This document shows, piece by piece, positions 59,137-64,000 of a stretch of 64,000 bases of DNA. The DNA is from Candidatus Latescibacterota bacterium (GTDB lineage Bacteria; Latescibacterota; UBA2968; GCA-2709665), in NCBI GenBank assembly GCA_963667175.2, contig CAXXXF010000016.1, positions 160,001 to 224,000 of the forward strand, in the 5' to 3' direction. A program made the translations under genes and the position numbers. Numbering within the stretch: the first letter of the stretch is position 1; each line of letters begins with the position of its first letter. The notes beneath the pieces were generated by a model that was not told the origin of the DNA, did no database searches, and saw nothing but the letters and a program-made list of their open reading frames with translations.

Positions 59137-60918
59137 TTAGATCTCCTCGAGTTCGCGCGTCAGTTGCTGACGCCGGTGCATCGCGGCATAGATGCCGCCG
59201 TGGGAGATCAGTTCGGTGTGCGTGCCACGTTCCGCAATCGCGCCTTCATCCAGCACCACAATCTGATCCGCGTCCTGTACGGTTGAAATCCGGTGCGCAA
59301 TGATGATCGTGGTTCTGGACGCCATCACTTCGCGCAGGCGACTCAGGATCCGCTCTTCGGTCTGCGTATCGACGCTGGCGAGCGCGTCATCCAGGATCAG
59401 AATCTCCGGTCGACGGATCACCGCGCGGGCTAACGCCGTACGCTGCTTTTGACCCCCGGACAACGTGACGCCGCGCTCTCCGATCACCGTTTCGATTCCC
59501 AGCGGGAAACTCGCCAGATCGCTCGAAAGGCCGGCAACGTCGCAGGCCCACTGTACGTCGGCCTCGGTGGCCCCGTCGCTCCCCAGGCAGATGTTCTCCC
59601 GAAGTGCGTCCGAGAAGAGGAACGTGTCCTGCGGCACGAATCCGATGGACGCCCGGAGCGCCGCCAGAGGGACTTCGTCCACGGAGACGCCGTCGATCAG
59701 CACCGCGCCGTCCGTGGGCAGGATCAAGCGCGGGATCAGGCGGGCAAGGGTGGTCTTTCCGGAACCCACGCGTCCGACCACGGCCAGCGTCCTGCCCCTT
59801 GGAATATGCAGATTGATATTTTTCAGTACGGGCGCACCGTTGTACGCAAAGGTCAGATTCCGGAATTCGATCTCACCGCCGGGCGGTCCGATGCCTCTCA
59901 CGCGCGCAGAATCCTCGATCTCGGGTCTTGTCTCGAGGACTTCCTCAATCCGCTTCATGGATGCCAATCCCCGTTGGTACCGGTCGATCATCCATCCCAG
60001 GGTAATCATCGGGAAAATCAGTTTGGTCAGATACGCGTTGAATGCCACGAAATCCCCCAGCGTCAGCCGACCCTCAATCACATGAGTGCCGCCGATCCAG
60101 AGAATGACCGCCAGCGATGCTCCGCTGATGAGAAAGGTCAACGGAAAAAGAAGGCTTTGAATACGAATCAGCCTGCCGTTTTTGACCAGATAGTCCCGGC
60201 TCAATTCGTCAAACGCATCCATCTCCGCCCCGCGCTGAGCGAATGCCTTTACCACCCGGATGCCGGACAGGTTCTCCTGAACACGGGCGCTGATCCGCGA
60301 GAACTGTTCCTGTACGGACCGGAACCCGTGGTGAACCCGGCCCGCCAGGCGGTTCATTACCAAAGCCATCAGGGGCATCGGGACGACGGCAAGCATTGCG
60401 AGTTTCCAGTCGATCCAGCACATGACCAGCATACTCAGGGTCAGTCCCAGCACCGCGCCAAATAACATGCGCACGCCGAATCCAAGAAACATCCGGACGG
60501 CGTTCACGTCGTTCGTGGCCCGGGAAATCAGGTCTCCCGTCGGCGTCTGATGAAAATAGCTCAGAGACAGCCGCAACAGCGCCTTGAAATAATCCCGTCG
60601 AATGTCATACTCGACGAGGCGCGATACACTGTTCAGGCGCCAGCGCATGCCCATTTCCAGCCCCATCTGCGCGAGCGCAAGACCGACGATCAGCAGTACC
60701 CAGAAGAGAACCTGACCGCCGACGCCAACCCCCGAAAGGTCGACGCCGGGGGGCGTGCCGTCCAACCACTCCTTGACCAGATCGACCGCCTCTTTCAACG
60801 CGAGCGGGATCGCGCTCGACGCCAGTTGCGCGATCGACAACAGCAGCAGCCCCAGCAGGATCCGGTTCCTGTAGGGTCTCAGGTACTTCCGGAAAGGTCC
60901 GAAGGGATTAAGCGTCAT
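59137..60918 (-). CDS. ABC exporter subunit (TMD+NBD, heterodimer partner A)
   Basis: GRVGSGKT, LSGGQKQR and degenerate Walker B LDDALASVD. Confidence 0.93.
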   Translation of the reverse strand: MTLNPFGPFRKYLRPYRNRILLGLLLLSIAQLASSAIPLALKEAVDLVKEWLDGTPPGVDLSGVGVGGQVLFWVLLIVGLALAQMGLEMGMRWRLNSVSRLVEYDIRRDYFKALLRLSLSYFHQTPTGDLISRATNDVNAVRMFLGFGVRMLFGAVLGLTLSMLVMCWIDWKLAMLAVVPMPLMALVMNRLAGRVHHGFRSVQEQFSRISARVQENLSGIRVVKAFAQRGAEMDAFDELSRDYLVKNGRLIRIQSLLFPLTFLISGASLAVILWIGGTHVIEGRLTLGDFVAFNAYLTKLIFPMITLGWMIDRYQRGLASMKRIEEVLETRPEIEDSARVRGIGPPGGEIEFRNLTFAYNGAPVLKNINLHIPRGRTLAVVGRVGSGKTTLARLIPRLILPTDGAVLIDGVSVDEVPLAALRASIGFVPQDTFLFSDALRENICLGSDGATEADVQWACDVAGLSSDLASFPLGIETVIGERGVTLSGGQKQRTALARAVIRRPEILILDDALASVDTQTEERILSRLREVMASRTTIIIAHRISTVQDADQIVVLDEGAIAERGTHTELISHGGIYAAMHRRQQLTRELEEI

Positions 60919-60958
60919 TCAGGTTACCTGTCACAAGAATATCTCACGATTCGGCATT

Positions 60959-61276
60959 CTATACGTCGGCGTGCCACCGGTAAACGTCCAGATCCACTTT
61001 TCCGTTCACAAAGGCCACGCCTTCGGCCTCAAGGAGCCTTTCCTGGACCAGATGCGCCTTCCTGGCGCCCGTGCGGATCGACACGGTGCCCCGTGCGTTA
61101 ATCACCCGGTGCCAAGGGCATCTTGTGCCTGCCGGCAATGCCTTCAGCGCCTGCCCCACCTGCCTGGGACCCACGCCTGCAATATCCGCAATCTGGCCGT
61201 AGGTGGCCACCGTCCCCGCGGGAATCCTGGCGACCACGCGATAAATCTTCCGAAACGTGCGCTCGAATTCCGGCAT
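60959..61276 (-). CDS. Alkyltransferase-like (ATL/MGMT family) protein
   Basis: IPAGTVATYGQIA, PRQVG and PWHRVIN (Trp in place of the catalytic Cys). Confidence 0.9.
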   Translation of the reverse strand: MPEFERTFRKIYRVVARIPAGTVATYGQIADIAGVGPRQVGQALKALPAGTRCPWHRVINARGTVSIRTGARKAHLVQERLLEAEGVAFVNGKVDLDVYRWHADV

Positions 61277-61344
61277 TTGGCACACGACCCATTCAGAATC
61301 GGCGGCAGAGGCAGGATCCGATCTCCGTGTCGGGAACAGCCGGC

Positions 61345-62403
61345 CTACGGTCTCCGTCCACTGTGTTCCAGCAGCCAATCTTCCAGATATCGGGAGGGGT
61401 CCGGCTGCGACTCGCTTTCCTTGAAGAGCCGGACCGCGGCGTTGAGATCCTGTCCCAGCGTCCGGTATACGCGATCGAAGACGTCTACTTTCTCGTGGTA
61501 TGTCCGATAGGCCATCATCACGGCGTTATTCAGTCGCCTCTGAGGAAAGCTTGAATATGCGCCGGTTTTCAGGTCCAGCCGGAAAAAACGGCGCTTTGCA
61601 CGCTCGAATATGACCTCTCTCTCCTTCAGTTTCTCGTCATAAGTGCGTTCCGAGGCGTAGAGCGCCTGCAGTTCTTCCGCGACGTCATGCATGAATCGAT
61701 TGAACGTCCGTTCGTCGGACCTCCTGTCCAGCATGCGCCTCACGGCCGCTGCCTCCCGCCCGTGACGCTCCCGCATGAACTGCAACGCGCCGACCTCCCC
61801 CACAAAGGTTGCCAGACTCTCATTGAAGGAGACCTTGTCCGGAATCCACACCGTCGCGTGGGTCAGTTCGTGGATGACGAGTTCGGCCAGATCGCCATCA
61901 CCATATCGAAGCATCGTATTCAGGACCGGATCTTCAAACCAGCCCAGCGTACTGTAGGCGCCAACCGGCCGCAGCAATGTATCGAAGCCTCGCGCTTCCA
62001 GCCCGTCCCGATCCCTTTTCCCACGGTCCGGATCAAAATAACCCCGGTAGGGAAACCGTCCCACTACCGGGTACGTCCACTGAACGGGCTCAAGCCGGTC
62101 TCTGGCAGACGCGGTCAGTTGCCACGAAACCGGTCCTTCGCCGATATCGATGTAGCTGCGATAATTCCGGGACCGGGACAGCCCGATCCGTCTTTCCGCG
62201 AAGCGCCGCACCTCCTGGATGAATTCGAGCCGGTCCCGGACTTCCCGATCCAAATCCCGACTCGCCAGCATCTCCGAGATCGGCTGCCGGTTCCAGAGCA
62301 TTTCCGCCTGGCCGCGAACAAGGTGCCAATAGTACCCGAGTTCCAGGTTCAAGCCGCAAATCAGGGGAAGCAGAGCAATCGTGGCCGGGTGAGTCCGGCT
62401 CAT
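61345..62403 (-). CDS. Putative zinc aminopeptidase
   Basis: PYRGYF, AYSTLGWF.DP, HELTH and FNESLATFV motifs. Confidence 0.88.
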   Translation of the reverse strand: MSRTHPATIALLPLICGLNLELGYYWHLVRGQAEMLWNRQPISEMLASRDLDREVRDRLEFIQEVRRFAERRIGLSRSRNYRSYIDIGEGPVSWQLTASARDRLEPVQWTYPVVGRFPYRGYFDPDRGKRDRDGLEARGFDTLLRPVGAYSTLGWFEDPVLNTMLRYGDGDLAELVIHELTHATVWIPDKVSFNESLATFVGEVGALQFMRERHGREAAAVRRMLDRRSDERTFNRFMHDVAEELQALYASERTYDEKLKEREVIFERAKRRFFRLDLKTGAYSSFPQRRLNNAVMMAYRTYHEKVDVFDRVYRTLGQDLNAAVRLFKESESQPDPSRYLEDWLLEHSGRRP

Positions 62404-62975
62404 CTCGACCGTTCCGCATCCATGAAATAGTAACAGATGATGTGCTGCAGCACCATGTGCATGTCCTCAACCCTCCCCATGTGGTCGGACTCCACGACGA
62501 TGCACTTTCGCGCCACGTCTTTCAACTTTCCGCCGCCGAACCCGGCGAAACCGACCGTATGGCAGCCCAGGCGGTTTGCAAAACGCACGGCACGGAGTAC
62601 GTTTTCAGAGTTCCCGCTCCCGCTGATGGCCAGCAATACGTCCCCTGGTTCCGCGAAGTTTTTCATCTGTTCCACAAACACGTCGGCGTAACTCAGGTCG
62701 TTGCTCAACGCCGTCATCCACTCCACGTTGTCCGTCAGTGGAATCACCTTGAAGCGGGGCTCCCGGCCGACCGATGCCCCCTTTCCCAGATCGTTCACGA
62801 AATGGGAGGCGGTACTCGCGCTTCCACCGTTTCCTATGGCAAATATCCGCTTCCCCGAGTCCCGGGCGTCACGGATAAGCGTAACGACCGACGCGATGTG
62901 CCGGGGGTTCAATGATGCCAACAGCCTTTCGTTCTGCCGGATATAACTCGCGGCAAAGGATTCGATGGATTCCAT
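62400..62975 (-). CDS. SIS-domain protein (GmhA-like phosphosugar isomerase)
   Basis: GNGGSASTASH, TALSND, ISGSGNS.NV and EDMH motifs. Confidence 0.9.
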   Translation of the reverse strand: MESIESFAASYIRQNERLLASLNPRHIASVVTLIRDARDSGKRIFAIGNGGSASTASHFVNDLGKGASVGREPRFKVIPLTDNVEWMTALSNDLSYADVFVEQMKNFAEPGDVLLAISGSGNSENVLRAVRFANRLGCHTVGFAGFGGGKLKDVARKCIVVESDHMGRVEDMHMVLQHIICYYFMDAERSR

Positions 62976-63057
62976 GAGATTCCCCGAAGTCACGACTCGC
63001 TCTCACGCTCCCCGCGGTCTGGTTTCTCTCCCAACGCCTTCCGGTCAGTCGCGTGCG

Positions 63058-63912
63058 TCATAACCCCGCCGCCCGCCACGCTTCGTCCAGCCCGCGATGG
63101 GTGACGCGAACCGCTTCTACCGCCGCCAATTCCCCTACCTTCCGACTGAAGGGCTCGGGGGTTACGGGTCCGGCGTACCCGATCTCTTTCAACGCTTTCA
63201 GGAAACCTGACAGGTCGATCACGCCGGTCTCGGACGGGAGCGCGCGCACGTGATCGACCTGATCCTCCACGGCAACGCCGGCAGGCGCGTCGTTCACGTG
63301 TACGTGGATGACGTCGGGAGGCGTGAGCCCCCTGAGATCGGCAAGCGTCCCCAGCGACGTGTGCCAGTGCCAGGAATCCAACAGCAATCCGGCGTTTCCG
63401 GTTCCGAGGACCTCGCAGAATCCCAGCATCCCGCCGATCGAATGGATGAATCCGTAGGTGCTGCCGACACGCTGGGTTCTCGGTCCGATGAACTCCAGTC
63501 CGAGGCTGCACCCGTGGTCCTTCAATACTTCACATACCGGCCGCATACGACCCAGGCACCTCGTGAACTGCTCACGAAAGGGACGCTCGTCGGAAGCGGG
63601 CGCAATCCACTGCGAGACCCGGCACGCGCCCACCGCCGCCCCGGCGGCGGCCAACCCGGGCAATACGCGCAGATCCCGCTCATAGTCCTCCCGGGGACCG
63701 TTCCAGGCCACGGGCAATCCCCAGGCGCCGATCTTCATGCCAGCCTCGGAAAACAACCCGGTGACGTGGTCCGATCCCTTGTCGCTCACGAGCCGCGCCA
63801 CCTCACGGATGTTGACGTCAAGGCCCTGAAACCCCCCGGAACTTGCATAAGACAGACCTTCCACCAGTGTCGCCCTGACCCCGATGGCGCCGGGCGACAG
63901 GCACTTGAACAT
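63058..63912 (-). CDS. Sugar phosphate isomerase/epimerase (xylose-isomerase-like TIM barrel)
   Basis: LGLEF, LLDSWHW, HVHVNDA and GYAGPVTPEPF motifs. Confidence 0.9.
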   Translation of the reverse strand: MFKCLSPGAIGVRATLVEGLSYASSGGFQGLDVNIREVARLVSDKGSDHVTGLFSEAGMKIGAWGLPVAWNGPREDYERDLRVLPGLAAAGAAVGACRVSQWIAPASDERPFREQFTRCLGRMRPVCEVLKDHGCSLGLEFIGPRTQRVGSTYGFIHSIGGMLGFCEVLGTGNAGLLLDSWHWHTSLGTLADLRGLTPPDVIHVHVNDAPAGVAVEDQVDHVRALPSETGVIDLSGFLKALKEIGYAGPVTPEPFSRKVGELAAVEAVRVTHRGLDEAWRAAGL

Positions 63913-64000
63913 GAGCTACCTCCGGTGATTGCTATCGATGGGGACGTGCGGGTTGTGGTGGGCAGGTCCGGTAAATCGCTCGATATTTCGAAAACCGCGG

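Noticed and set aside
13019-62915. Many long antisense or alternative-frame ORFs (e.g. 14403..15647, 22745..23821, 28159..29388, 30670..32025)
   Set aside because: Shadows of GC-rich real genes on the opposite strand; no recognisable motifs.

Overview
Bacterial chromosomal window of roughly 60% GC (estimated by eye). Gene content (bS22-like small ribosomal protein next to HU, mlaEFD, heparinase II/III, duplicated Mo-hydroxylase subunits) suggests an uncultured FCB-group lineage such as Latescibacterota or Gemmatimonadota; this is inference only. Positions 1-12.8 kb are a lower-GC accessory/defence-like island downstream of tRNA-Gly(CCC). It carries Mrr-like, HEPN-like and PD-(D/E)xK nuclease genes, several toxin-antitoxin modules, REP-like repeats, decayed genes, and two near-identical 1220-bp IS630 copies. 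Each IS630 copy interrupts a gene and is flanked by a 4-bp direct repeat (GTAG or CTAC). Positions 12.9-42 kb are mostly core/metabolic genes on the minus strand: miaA, mutL, class III aminotransferase, heparinase-like lyase, hpt, UDG, mobA, class I aldolase, ychF, a Mo-hydroxylase operon with two large subunits, and an ABC-2 exporter with a possible attenuator. Positions 42-45.6 kb hold lexA with a candidate novel operator and a small islet (TA remnant, trypsin-like protease, FGE-domain remnant). Positions 45.6-64 kb hold two tRNA-Pro and one tRNA-Arg, mlaEFD followed by two FG-GAP-like paralogs (one fused to a 4-CxxCH cytochrome c module), a sigma-70 factor, bS22-like protein, HU, a heterodimeric ABC exporter, an ATL protein and sugar isomerases. 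I saw no CRISPR array, integrase or reverse transcriptase.
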